From Eubacteriales bacterium (lineage in GTDB: Bacteria > Bacillota > Clostridia > Oscillospirales > CAG-272): a stretch of DNA of 64,000 nt. The stretch is taken from positions 2,410 to 66,409 of the forward strand of contig JAZTXO010000077.1 of NCBI GenBank assembly GCA_045636445.1. Reading direction: 5' to 3'. A program made the translations under genes and the position numbers. Positions 36,553 through 45,412 of the stretch are shown piece after piece (positions within the stretch are counted from its first letter, which is position 1; each line of letters starts with the position of its first letter). The notes below the pieces were generated by a model. The model was not told the DNA's origin and made no database searches. It saw only the letters and a list, made by a program, of their open reading frames with translations.

Positions 36553-37183
36553 TATGCTTTTTGAAGAGCTTATAGAAAGGTATCCCTGCCTTTCGGTTTG
36601 CCAAAATGAAATAAAAAAGGCTTCCGAGCTTTTATATAACAGCGCGGCAGGCGGCGGAAAAATCCTCGTTTGCGGAAACGGCGGTTCTTCGGCTGACTCC
36701 GACCACATTGTTGGGGAGCTTATGAAGGGATTTCTTAAAAAAAGGCAGATGCCCTTGTGTGACGCTGAAAAATTCGAAGCGACTTTAGGCGAGGGAGCAA
36801 AATTCTTTACCGAAAAGCTTCAAGGCGCAATTCCTGCGGTATCCCTTTCGGCACAGACCGGAATTTCCTCGGCATTTATAAACGACGTTGAGCCGAGTTT
36901 GGTCTATGCCCAGATGGTTTACGGATTAGGTCGCGAGGGAGATTTGCTTATTGCAATTTCCACATCGGGAAACTCCGAAAACGTTGTAAACGCTCTCCTT
37001 TGCGCCAAGGCTATGGGACTTCGGACTATTGCCCTGACCGGTGAGAGAGAAAGCAAACTTTCGGAAAATGCCGACGTTGCAGTAAAAGTTCCCGAAAGAG
37101 AAACCTTTAAGGTTCAGGAGCTTCACCTGCCGGTCTATCACTATCTTTGTGCTTCTGTTGAAGAAAAAATATTTGAAAAATAA
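36545..37183 (+). CDS. SIS-domain sugar-phosphate isomerase, GmhA/DiaA-like
   Basis: CGNGGSSADSDHIVGEL and AISTSGNSENV are phosphoheptose-isomerase-type SIS motifs. The ATG at 36545 overlaps the ROK stop codon. Confidence 0.75.
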   Translation: MADMLFEELIERYPCLSVCQNEIKKASELLYNSAAGGGKILVCGNGGSSADSDHIVGELMKGFLKKRQMPLCDAEKFEATLGEGAKFFTEKLQGAIPAVSLSAQTGISSAFINDVEPSLVYAQMVYGLGREGDLLIAISTSGNSENVVNALLCAKAMGLRTIALTGERESKLSENADVAVKVPERETFKVQELHLPVYHYLCASVEEKIFEK

Positions 37184-37187
37184 GAAA

Positions 37188-37371
37188 GTTAGAAGAACGA
37201 TAAGCGGCTTTTCGTGAGAAGTTAGAAGAACGAGAGTCGGCTTTTCGAAATGTTCGGTGAACTCTCATTTCTCATTTCTAATTTCTAATTTCTCATTTCT
37301 AATTTCTCATTTTGCTAACGCTTTTTTGCGTTGGCAAGACGTTTCTAATTTAACATTTCACTTGTGCAACC
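37188..37371 (+). repeat. Composite 3' element: 2x ~33-bp type A units (GTTAGAAGAACGAnAnnCGGCTTTTCG..), 6x heptamer TTTCTMA, hairpin TTGCTAACGC-T6-GCGTTGGCAA
   Basis: Read directly. It starts 5 nt after the stop of the SIS gene. The same architecture is found at 47101-47291 and, inverted, at 42571-42721. Confidence 0.85.
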
Positions 37372-37460
37372 AAATAGAAGAAATCAAAGAAAAACACCAT
37401 AAAAACCCAGTATAAATAGAGGACAGAGAAAATTTTCTCTGTCCTCTTTGTGTTTTATAA

Positions 37461-37660
37461 CCTGTCAACATCAACCATAACTGCACGAAGTGCATCATAA
37501 CTTGGCGAAGCCAACCATAACTGCACGAAGTGCATCATAACTTGGCGAAGCCAATCATAACTGCACGAAGTGCATCATAACTTGTCAAAGCCAATCGCAA
37601 CTGCACAAAGTGCATCATAACTTGTCAAAGCCAATCATAACTGCACGAAGTGCATCATAG
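37461..37660 (+). repeat. Tandem mini-hairpin array: ten 20-bp units (five 40-bp units) alternating CTGCACGAAGTGCATCATAA / CTTGGCGAAGCCAAYCATAA
   Basis: Read directly; the 20-bp periodicity is exact. Each unit is a 5-bp stem with a GAA/AAA triloop followed by CATAA. The array ends 10 nt from the stop codon of the minus-strand gene at 37670. Confidence 0.95.
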
Positions 37661-37669
37661 CTCTCCCAA

Positions 37670-38947
37670 CTAGTTCCAGCTTGTGACGAAAAATCTTGAG
37701 TTTTGGGGAATTGAAAGGAAGTCAATATCGAAATATTTATCCTTGAATTCGACCTCGTCGGAAAGGGCTTCAATCTCCTCGGCAAAGAACTCTTGAGATG
37801 CGTTCTTAAAGAAATCGGAGAAGAAGGGGTTTTCCTCGTCGGTGTAGGCTCGGGAGACGGGGTTGGCTCTGTAAAGGAATACGTGAGCGTCGGAAAGCTC
37901 CAGGTATCTTGCCTCACCGGTCGTCATATCAAAGGCGGCTTCCACAATTTCGGGACGCTCAAGGGCAAAGTTTGCCGTTTGAAGAGCCGTTGGCGAGAAG
38001 TAGTAACCCACAAGTCCCATTTCTCTGTCACCGTCGTTGGGATTTTCCGAATTAGCAAGGTATTCGTCGATAGTCAATTCAAGGAAAGTACCCGCTGCCA
38101 CAGCTTCCTTAAATATTTCGGTCATATTTTCTCTTTCGAGAATTTCCGCAGGGTTAAGCTCTCTTTCAACAGTCTGTCCGCTCTCGTCCTTTTCAAAGAC
38201 TCTTTCCTTGGCAAAGAAAATCATCTTCACTCTTGCATAGTCCGAAAGGTATTCGTCGCAACGGACAATATTTTCCGCTCCGCCCTCTTTCAAAGCCTCG
38301 CCACCGTTGCCGTAAAGAAGATAGTAGGCAAGTTCAGCGGTATAAGTAAGAGTCATAGCTCCAACAAAATCGTCGTAATTAAAGCCGAATTTTTCAACGT
38401 TCTTTTCAAAATTTTCTTCCGAGCCGTAGTAGGAAACGAACGCCTCGGTCTTGCTCTTTATATACTTTTCGTCGCCATCCGAAAGGGTTGTGAGAGTGTA
38501 ATAAAGGTTAGATGCGGCGGCGACAGACGCTATATAGCTTTTCAGATTTTTCTCGTAAAGCTCACCTTGCGTCATGCCGTTATTATGCTTCGATTGCCAG
38601 AAAGAAGCGGTATCGGATACGGCATAACCCTCGCTGCGAAGGTCGTTGAGATAGCTGTATTTATAATAGGAAGCAAGAACTCTGCACTCCCCCTCGCTTA
38701 TGGCAACGCTGCCGACTTTAACCACAGCCTTTGCTTCTCTTACGGCTATAATAATTCCGAAAACAATGCCGAAAATCAGCACTAAAGAGAGGAAAATGCA
38801 AACACAAGTTGTCAAAATCCTTGCATTTTTACTCATTTTCTTTTTCGGAGTATTCTGTTTTCCCTCGCCTGACCACGCCTTGAAAATCGGTTTTTTTGCA
38901 GCTTTGTTCGGTGCGGTCTTTATGTTTTTTGTGTTTTTGTTTTTCAC
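37670..38947 (-). CDS. Membrane-anchored protein of unknown function (possibly a SurA/PrsA-like chaperone domain, no PPIase motif seen)
   Basis: 425 aa. It has a basic N-terminus, one TM helix (ILTTCVCIFLSLVLIFGIVFGIIIAV) and a large extracytoplasmic domain. Its position downstream of mfd matches where Firmicutes often encode PrsA-like proteins. The functional call is tentative. Confidence 0.5.
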   Translation of the reverse strand: MKNKNTKNIKTAPNKAAKKPIFKAWSGEGKQNTPKKKMSKNARILTTCVCIFLSLVLIFGIVFGIIIAVREAKAVVKVGSVAISEGECRVLASYYKYSYLNDLRSEGYAVSDTASFWQSKHNNGMTQGELYEKNLKSYIASVAAASNLYYTLTTLSDGDEKYIKSKTEAFVSYYGSEENFEKNVEKFGFNYDDFVGAMTLTYTAELAYYLLYGNGGEALKEGGAENIVRCDEYLSDYARVKMIFFAKERVFEKDESGQTVERELNPAEILERENMTEIFKEAVAAGTFLELTIDEYLANSENPNDGDREMGLVGYYFSPTALQTANFALERPEIVEAAFDMTTGEARYLELSDAHVFLYRANPVSRAYTDEENPFFSDFFKNASQEFFAEEIEALSDEVEFKDKYFDIDFLSIPQNSRFFVTSWN

Positions 38948-39017
38948 AGTCCTCTTTTCACTTTCAGCTTGATTTTCATTTGTTTTTTAACATATATTCT
39001 TTTGCAAAAAAGATTCA

Positions 39018-42000
39018 TTAACCCTTAGAATACTCTCTCATAATCTCACCGAGAGTAAGAGCTGCGTCGGCAGTTTTGGGGTTTTGGAATCTGTAAATCA
39101 CACGGTCGCCCGACGGTGCAAATCTCATTCCGGGGAATTTTTCAAACACACCTGACCAGGAAGCGAGGTCGGGTTTTCCCGTAACGAAAGTCATTATTCC
39201 GTCACCCGATTCTACCCTCTCGATACCTGCTCTTTGGCAGACGGCCTTTGCAAAGGCAACCGAAAGAAGTCTCATTACCTGCCTTGGCGGTTCGCCAAAG
39301 CGGTCTATCAGCTCGTCGAGAATATCCCTCTCGTCCTCTTCGGTGAGAATAAGGGAGATTTTTTTGTACATTTCCATTCTCTGCGACGAGGTGGGAATAT
39401 AGCTTTCGGGAATGTGGGCGCTGGTTTTTACGTCTATTAAGGTCTCGGTTTTCGGCTCTTTTTCCTTTTCCTCGCCCTTGGCTTCAAGAACGGCTTCTTC
39501 AAGAAGCTTTACGAAAAGGTCATAACCCACAGAGTCGATATATCCGTGCTGTTCAGCTCCGAGAAGATTACCTGCTCCTCTTATTTCAAGGTCGCAAAGG
39601 GCAATTTTAAATCCTGCTCCGAACTCGGCATACTCTCTTATGGCTTTAAGTCTTTTTTCGGCAACCTCGGTAAGAGCCTTGCCGGGACGGTAGGTAAAGT
39701 ATGCGTAAGCCTGGCGGGAGCTTCTGCCCACTCTTCCTCTTATCTGGTGAAGCTGGGCAAGTCCGAAGCGGTCGGCATTTTCTATAACAAGAGTGTTTGC
39801 CATAGGCAAATCGACGCCGGTTTCAATAATGGTGGTGCAGACGAGAACGTCGATTTCGCCTCTTACAAGAAGCTGCCAGATGTCCTCTATCTCGTCCTTG
39901 TCCATCTGTCCGTGAGCGAAGGCTACCCTTGCGTCGGGAATGGCTCTTGAAATAGAGTCGGCAACAAAGCTTATGTCCTCAACCTTGTTATAAAGGTAGA
40001 GAGTCTGTCCGCCTCTTGCCATTTCCTTGCGGATTGCTTCGTGTATCATAGTTTCGTCGTGCTCAAGAACGTAGGTCTGCACAGGACGACGCTCGCCGGG
40101 TGCTTCGTCAAGAATTGAAATATCGCTTATACCGTTTATCGCCATATTCAGCGTTCTTGGTATGGGGGTTGCGGTAAGCGTCAGGGTGTCAACGTTTTTG
40201 GCAATTTCCTTTAATTTTTCCTTTTGGGAAACACCGAAACGCTGCTCCTCGTCAATAATAAGGAGTCCCAGGTCGCGAAATTCCAGCTTTTTGGAAAGCA
40301 ATTTATGCGTACCGATAAGAACGTCGCATTCTCCACGCTTTACCTTGCGTAAAATTTCTTCCTGCTCCTTTGGCTTTTTGAAGCGGGAGAGCATTTCAAC
40401 AGTAACCGGAAATCCTCTCATTCTTGAAATTGCCGTTTGGTAATGCTGGAGCGCAAGAAGGGTTGTGGGAACGAGGAAAGCCACCTGCTTTCCGCCCATT
40501 ATAGCCTTAAATGCGGCTCGGAGAGCCACCTCGGTCTTGCCAAATCCTACGTCACCGCAAAGAAGTCTGTTCATTGGTACGGGGCGTATCATATCCTTCA
40601 TAATTTCGTCGATTGCCGACCTTTGAGAGTCGGTTTCCTCGTAATCAAAGGAAGCTGCAAAGGCGTATTCCAGCTCGGAATCAAGTGGGAAAGAAAATCC
40701 CGGCAGCCTTTGCCTTTCGGCATAGAGCTTTATCAGTCCGTCGGCTATGTCTTTGACGGCTTTTTTCGCCTTGGACTTGGTTTTTGCCCAATCGCCGCCG
40801 CCCATTTTGGAGAGCTTGACGCTGCCGTCCTTGTCTCTCGCTCCTATATATTTGCCTATCATTTCAAGGCGGTCGCAGGGTACGAAGAGCTTATCCGTAC
40901 CTGCGTATTTTATGGTGATATAATCCTTGGTAACACCGCCTGCCGTTACGGTCTGTATTCCCTCGAAAAGTCCGATACCGTAGTTTGCGTGTACAACGTA
41001 ATCGCCCTCGGTAAGCTCGGCATAGCTCATAAGACGCTTCGGAGCGCCGCTTTGTTTAAGTATTCTTTGACGCTTGCGGTGGCTCATTACGGCACGGCCG
41101 TCGTCCTTTGCCATAGAAATAAGAGCAATTTTCGGACTTATAAGGTCAAAGCCCTCCATATCGCCCGTGGCAATAAATATTCTGCCGCCCTCGGCTGCTC
41201 CTATGTCAAAATCGGCAATGTTATATATCTTCTCGGCAGCAATATCCTCCGAGCGAAGAGCCTCGTAAAGAGAGTCTGCTCCCCTCTCGTTTTCAGAGAG
41301 GATAACAATTCTGTACCCACCCTTGCGAAAGGCAGAAAGGTCGTCCTTGAACATTGTGGGATTTCCGCCGTAGCTTACGGTTTTTCTGCACCTGAAGCCG
41401 AAGAGTCCCGAAAGGGAGGAAATTCCGTGACCGCCTGCAAAGGGATTTTCGTAAACGGTGAGATTTTTTTCAAGGAAGCCTTGGTAAAAGGCTTTGTCTG
41501 CCGAATATTTTGCAGCGTCCTCGGTTATAAGTCCCGCCTTTATAAAGCCCTCTTTTTCTTCCGAAAGCGACGAAAGAGTACTCTTTAATTCCTCGGCACA
41601 GCCGTCGCTTCCGATACAGAGGCAGATTGTTCTTTTATAGTCCGAAAGGTAGTCGAAAAGACAGCGGCACTCATCGTAAATAAGGCCGAAATACCTTTCC
41701 TTAAAGTCTATGGGCAAATCCGAAGAAAGGGCGGCGCACTCTCTTGCGAGTTTTTCTCTTACGCTTTCGCTTTCGGCTCTGTCACGAAGCTTTTCGGCTA
41801 AAGAGAGCATTCTCCCCCTTGCTTCCTTCGAAACAAGAGCTTCGCTTCCGGGAAGAAGCTTTATGGAGTCGCAAGTACCCTCCGAGCGTTGGCTAATAGG
41901 GTCGAAATAAACCATACGGTCGATTTCGTCACCGAAAAATTCTATTCTTACAGGGTTTTCCTCTTCGGTTGGGAAAAGGTCTAAAATTCCGCCCCTTTTT

Positions 42001-42542
42001 GCAAACTGTCCCTTGCCGTCAACCGCATCAACACGCATAAATCCGAGGGTAACGAGCTTCTCGGACAGCTCCTCGGGAGACATAAAGTCGCCTGCCGAAA
42101 GGGAGAATGAAAGAGACAGAAGAAGCTCCTTTGGCAGAGTGTAGGAAAGAGCCGCAGAGGGTGTTGAAACCACCGCGTCGCACTCGCCGTTTGCCACCGA
42201 AAGAAGCACCGAAAGCCTCTCACGCTCAATATCGTGGGAGGCTCTGATATTATGAAAAACCTTTTCTCTTCGCTTGTAGCCGAGTGCGTGAACACCAGCC
42301 AAATTCAAACTTTTTACAAGCGAATCCTTTTGTGTCTCGCTTCCCACCAAAACAAGTACGGGAGCAGGACAAATTTTGCGAGCTTCCTTAACGCTTTCCG
42401 CAATAAAGGCAGCCTCAGCACCACCCGAAAGTCCGTTTACGGCTATGGGATAGGAGTCGGTTTTCCGAAACTCGCTGTGAAGCAACGCCGCATAGTCACG
42501 AAACTCTCGGTCCAGCCTTATAAGAGCCGAAAAGTTCTGCAT
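39018..42542 (-). CDS. mfd: Transcription-repair coupling factor
   Basis: 1,174 aa with helicase motifs GDVGFGKTEVA, DEEQRFG and TATPIPRT, plus a C-terminal TRCF domain. pth-mfd synteny supports the call. Confidence 0.95.
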   Translation of the reverse strand: MQNFSALIRLDREFRDYAALLHSEFRKTDSYPIAVNGLSGGAEAAFIAESVKEARKICPAPVLVLVGSETQKDSLVKSLNLAGVHALGYKRREKVFHNIRASHDIERERLSVLLSVANGECDAVVSTPSAALSYTLPKELLLSLSFSLSAGDFMSPEELSEKLVTLGFMRVDAVDGKGQFAKRGGILDLFPTEEENPVRIEFFGDEIDRMVYFDPISQRSEGTCDSIKLLPGSEALVSKEARGRMLSLAEKLRDRAESESVREKLARECAALSSDLPIDFKERYFGLIYDECRCLFDYLSDYKRTICLCIGSDGCAEELKSTLSSLSEEKEGFIKAGLITEDAAKYSADKAFYQGFLEKNLTVYENPFAGGHGISSLSGLFGFRCRKTVSYGGNPTMFKDDLSAFRKGGYRIVILSENERGADSLYEALRSEDIAAEKIYNIADFDIGAAEGGRIFIATGDMEGFDLISPKIALISMAKDDGRAVMSHRKRQRILKQSGAPKRLMSYAELTEGDYVVHANYGIGLFEGIQTVTAGGVTKDYITIKYAGTDKLFVPCDRLEMIGKYIGARDKDGSVKLSKMGGGDWAKTKSKAKKAVKDIADGLIKLYAERQRLPGFSFPLDSELEYAFAASFDYEETDSQRSAIDEIMKDMIRPVPMNRLLCGDVGFGKTEVALRAAFKAIMGGKQVAFLVPTTLLALQHYQTAISRMRGFPVTVEMLSRFKKPKEQEEILRKVKRGECDVLIGTHKLLSKKLEFRDLGLLIIDEEQRFGVSQKEKLKEIAKNVDTLTLTATPIPRTLNMAINGISDISILDEAPGERRPVQTYVLEHDETMIHEAIRKEMARGGQTLYLYNKVEDISFVADSISRAIPDARVAFAHGQMDKDEIEDIWQLLVRGEIDVLVCTTIIETGVDLPMANTLVIENADRFGLAQLHQIRGRVGRSSRQAYAYFTYRPGKALTEVAEKRLKAIREYAEFGAGFKIALCDLEIRGAGNLLGAEQHGYIDSVGYDLFVKLLEEAVLEAKGEEKEKEPKTETLIDVKTSAHIPESYIPTSSQRMEMYKKISLILTEEDERDILDELIDRFGEPPRQVMRLLSVAFAKAVCQRAGIERVESGDGIMTFVTGKPDLASWSGVFEKFPGMRFAPSGDRVIYRFQNPKTADAALTLGEIMREYSKG

Positions 42543-42570
42543 AAAGTTCTCTTTTTCTTTGTATTAGTTT

Positions 42571-42721
42571 TTGCTTACGGTTCTTGCGTTAGCAAAATTA
42601 GAAATTAGAAATGTGAAATTAGAGTTGAAGGGAAATTTTTAACCCTTTTCCCGAATGAAGCTTTTGCGAGTCGTTTTGAATGCTTCTTCACGAAAAGCCG
42701 ACCTCACCCAACGCAAACTTC
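42571..42721 (-). repeat. Composite 3' element (inverted copy) between pth and mfd
   Basis: It is the reverse complement of 47121-47291. It includes an exact 42-nt run (42680-42721 against 47121-47162), a 3x heptamer array and a degenerate hairpin TTGCTTACGG..TGCGTTAGCAA. Confidence 0.9.
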
Positions 42722-42735
42722 TCACTAAAGGTCGA

Positions 42736-43362
42736 TTATTTCGAATACTTATTCATAGCGGAGTCGATATTGCCGTCGATAATCTCTCTTGTTGCCGACT
42801 CGATGTCCGAAAATCTTTTCTCGATTGCTTCAAGGTCGCTGTCGGGGAATTTGCCAAGCACGAAATCCACAAGGTCGTATTCGGGAGTAGGCTTTTTGCC
42901 GACGCCTATCTTAATTCTCGGAAATTCCTCGCTGCCAAGGTGGGAAATCAGGCTCTTTAAGCCGTTGTGCCCGCCTGCCGAGCCTTTGCGTCTTATTCTT
43001 ATTACACCGGGGTCGAAGCTTATCTCGTCGTGAAGAATTATCACTCTTTCGGGGGGGATTTTATAAAAATCCGCAGCTTCCTTTGCCGCAACACCCGAAT
43101 TGTTCATAAAGGTCGTAGGCTTCATAAGAAGCACTCTTTTGTCACCTACCACAACCTCGCCTACCGTTGCGTTGAATTTCAGACGGTCGATTTTTCCGCC
43201 CCACTTCTCTGCAATATAATCTATCGCAAGGAAGCCTATATTATGCCTTGTTTTTTCGTACTGTTTGCCGATGTTTCCAAGTCCTATTACAATGTGAGTT
43301 ATAGGAGCAAGGGCAACTTTTGGCGTCTCAATTTGCTTAAAAAGGTCGAATATGTTAGCCAT
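42736..43362 (-). CDS. pth: Peptidyl-tRNA hydrolase
   Basis: GLGNIGKQYEKTRHNIGF and GGHNGLKS are signature motifs. Confidence 0.95.
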   Translation of the reverse strand: MANIFDLFKQIETPKVALAPITHIVIGLGNIGKQYEKTRHNIGFLAIDYIAEKWGGKIDRLKFNATVGEVVVGDKRVLLMKPTTFMNNSGVAAKEAADFYKIPPERVIILHDEISFDPGVIRIRRKGSAGGHNGLKSLISHLGSEEFPRIKIGVGKKPTPEYDLVDFVLGKFPDSDLEAIEKRFSDIESATREIIDGNIDSAMNKYSK

Positions 43363-43391
43363 TGTTTACATTTTCTCTGTTTTTCTGTATA

Positions 43392-45281
43392 TTATTTGAT
43401 TTCCCAGAGACCGCCGAAAGCGTCGGAGGGAAGCTTAAAATCTCCTCTGGGAGAAAATCCTACCGTACCTATCTTCGGGCCGTCGGGAAGGCAGGAACGC
43501 TTGAACTGCTGGGAGAAGAAGCGACGCATAAACACCTTAAGCCACCCCTTTACGACTTCCCCGTCGTACTCACCGTCGAACGCAAGAGTTGCAAGGCGGA
43601 GAATTTTTTCGGCAGAGTAGCCGTTTGCAACAAGGTTGTAAAGGAAGAAATCGTGAAGCTCGTAAGGGCCGACGATACCCTCGGTGCATTGAGCTATCTC
43701 GCCGTCCTTGGGAGGAAGAAGCTCGGGACTCACGGGAGTGTCGAGAACACCGAAAAGAACCTCGGAAAGAGGGGTGTCACCGTCGTTTTGTGCCTTTTTC
43801 GCAATATATCCCACCATATATCTCATAAGAGTTTTGGGAATACCTGCATTTACACCGTACATTGACATATGGTCGCCGTTATAGGTTGCCCAACCGAGAG
43901 CAAGTTCGGAAAGGTCGCCCGTACCCACAACGAGAGCTCCAACACCATTGGCAATATCCATAAGCACCTGGGTACGCTCTCTTGCCTGGGCGTTTTCGTA
44001 AACCACGCTGAAGTCCTCGGAGTCGTGGCCGATGTCCTTGAAGTGCTGGGTCACCGCAGCCTTGATGTCAACTACATGAAGGTCGGTTTTTAGAGCCTCG
44101 GCAAGTTTTTCGGCATTGGATTTCGTTCTTGTCGTAGTGCCGAAGCAGGGCATCGTTACGGAGATTATATTTTTTCTCGGCATACCGAGAATGTCCATAC
44201 TTCTTGCGGCAACAAGCAGAGCAAGAGTGGAGTCAAGACCGCCCGAAACGCCAACGACAACGCCCTTGGAATAGGAGCGTTCCACTCTCTTTGCAAGCGC
44301 CATAGCCTGCATTTCGTATATTTCAGCCATACGGCTGTCTCTTAATTGCTCGTCTTTTGGAATGAAGGGAGATTTGTTCGGTCTTTCGCAAAGCACGGTT
44401 TCCTCGATTTCGGGAGCAAAGGAAACTATTTCGTAGTCCGAAAGGTCACAGTCAAATCCCGACGCTTTGTTTCTTCTGAATGTTATAAGCTCGGTGTCGA
44501 TGTCCGAAAGGATAATTCCGGTACGGTACGGCTCCGCCTTGCTTTGAGCCTTGCCAAGAGAATAGATTGCCGACCTGCCGCCAAAAACTCCGTCTGTTCC
44601 GCTTTCGCCAACACCGGCTTCCGAGCGAATTATAGCGCAGTTAAGGCTTTGGCTTTCGGAGCTTAAGAAAATATGCTCCTTTTCGGCTCTTGAAACAAGC
44701 TCTGCCGAAGCGTTGGGGTTGACAATGACGGTTGCTCCTGCCGCGGCGGCAAAACGCGCGGTTGAAAGGGGAGCTTTGATTTCCGAGCCTACGGCTGTGG
44801 CTATAAGAAGTCCGTCAACACCCTCGCAGCCTACGAGGATTTCCGAGCCGAAGAGGGTTTCTCTGCCGCCGAACACAACCTCGGTAACACCCTCGCTTTG
44901 AGAAAAATATCTTCTCTCGTCGGGGGAAAGGGTGGTTTTGGGGATAATTCCAAGAATATCGCCGCCATATACGGCAACTGTCGCATTGTAAATTCTGCCC
45001 GAAAGGCTGACCGGCGTACCTATAAAGAAGAGGGTGTCAAGCTCTTCGGTAGCGTCGGCAAACTCCGACAGGGCAGCCTCGGCATTCTTATGAAGCGTCG
45101 AGGTGAAGAAGAGGTCGCCTGCGGTTGCTCCCGTAAGACAAAGCTCGGGAAAAACGGCAATTTTCGCGCCGAGGGCGGCAGCTTCCTTTGCATAGCTTAT
45201 GCAGTTTTTAAGATTTCCTTTTACGTCGCCTACTCTGATATCGGGAGTGATGGCAGACACCTTTATTATTCCGTTAATCAT
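43392..45281 (-). CDS. nadE: Glutamine-dependent NAD+ synthetase (CN-hydrolase plus NAD-synthase domains)
   Basis: The N-terminal nitrilase-like domain has FPELCLTG. The C-terminal domain has the PP-loop GVSGGLDST. I take the start at MINGII (45281, GGAG upstream). Confidence 0.9.
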   Translation of the reverse strand: MINGIIKVSAITPDIRVGDVKGNLKNCISYAKEAAALGAKIAVFPELCLTGATAGDLFFTSTLHKNAEAALSEFADATEELDTLFFIGTPVSLSGRIYNATVAVYGGDILGIIPKTTLSPDERRYFSQSEGVTEVVFGGRETLFGSEILVGCEGVDGLLIATAVGSEIKAPLSTARFAAAAGATVIVNPNASAELVSRAEKEHIFLSSESQSLNCAIIRSEAGVGESGTDGVFGGRSAIYSLGKAQSKAEPYRTGIILSDIDTELITFRRNKASGFDCDLSDYEIVSFAPEIEETVLCERPNKSPFIPKDEQLRDSRMAEIYEMQAMALAKRVERSYSKGVVVGVSGGLDSTLALLVAARSMDILGMPRKNIISVTMPCFGTTTRTKSNAEKLAEALKTDLHVVDIKAAVTQHFKDIGHDSEDFSVVYENAQARERTQVLMDIANGVGALVVGTGDLSELALGWATYNGDHMSMYGVNAGIPKTLMRYMVGYIAKKAQNDGDTPLSEVLFGVLDTPVSPELLPPKDGEIAQCTEGIVGPYELHDFFLYNLVANGYSAEKILRLATLAFDGEYDGEVVKGWLKVFMRRFFSQQFKRSCLPDGPKIGTVGFSPRGDFKLPSDAFGGLWEIK

Positions 45282-45333
45282 TTTTTCTCCAATCCGCCGC
45301 AATTCGGCAAATATAAATGAGTGACTTCCGCAT

Positions 45334-45403
45334 AATCTGCCATAGGCGGATTTAATCGCAAAGCGATTTCATCTGCGAAGCAGATTTCGTCCACAAAGTG
45401 GAT
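45334..45403 (+). repeat. Four tandem mini-hairpins (AATCTGCC-ATA-GGCGGATT, AATCGC-AAA-GCGATT, ATCTGC-GAA-GCAGAT, TCCAC-AAA-GTGGA)
   Basis: Read directly. The array lies between the stop of the ThyX-like gene and the nadE start. Confidence 0.9.
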
Positions 45404-45412
45404 TTCGTTCTT

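Noticed and set aside
36545-37183. Considered whether the GmhA-like SIS gene implies heptose/LPS-type biosynthesis.
   Set aside because: It is a single SIS gene with no HldE/GmhB partners, in a Gram-positive-like genome, and embedded in a catabolic-looking operon. I kept it as a generic sugar-phosphate isomerase.
37461-37660. Considered whether the regular tandem arrays (here and at 45334-45403, 59697-59827, 63095-63160) are CRISPR arrays.
   Set aside because: The units are 20-40 bp and directly abutting, with no unique spacers. No cas genes or leader are present. The arrays alternate two related hairpin units rather than repeat and spacer.
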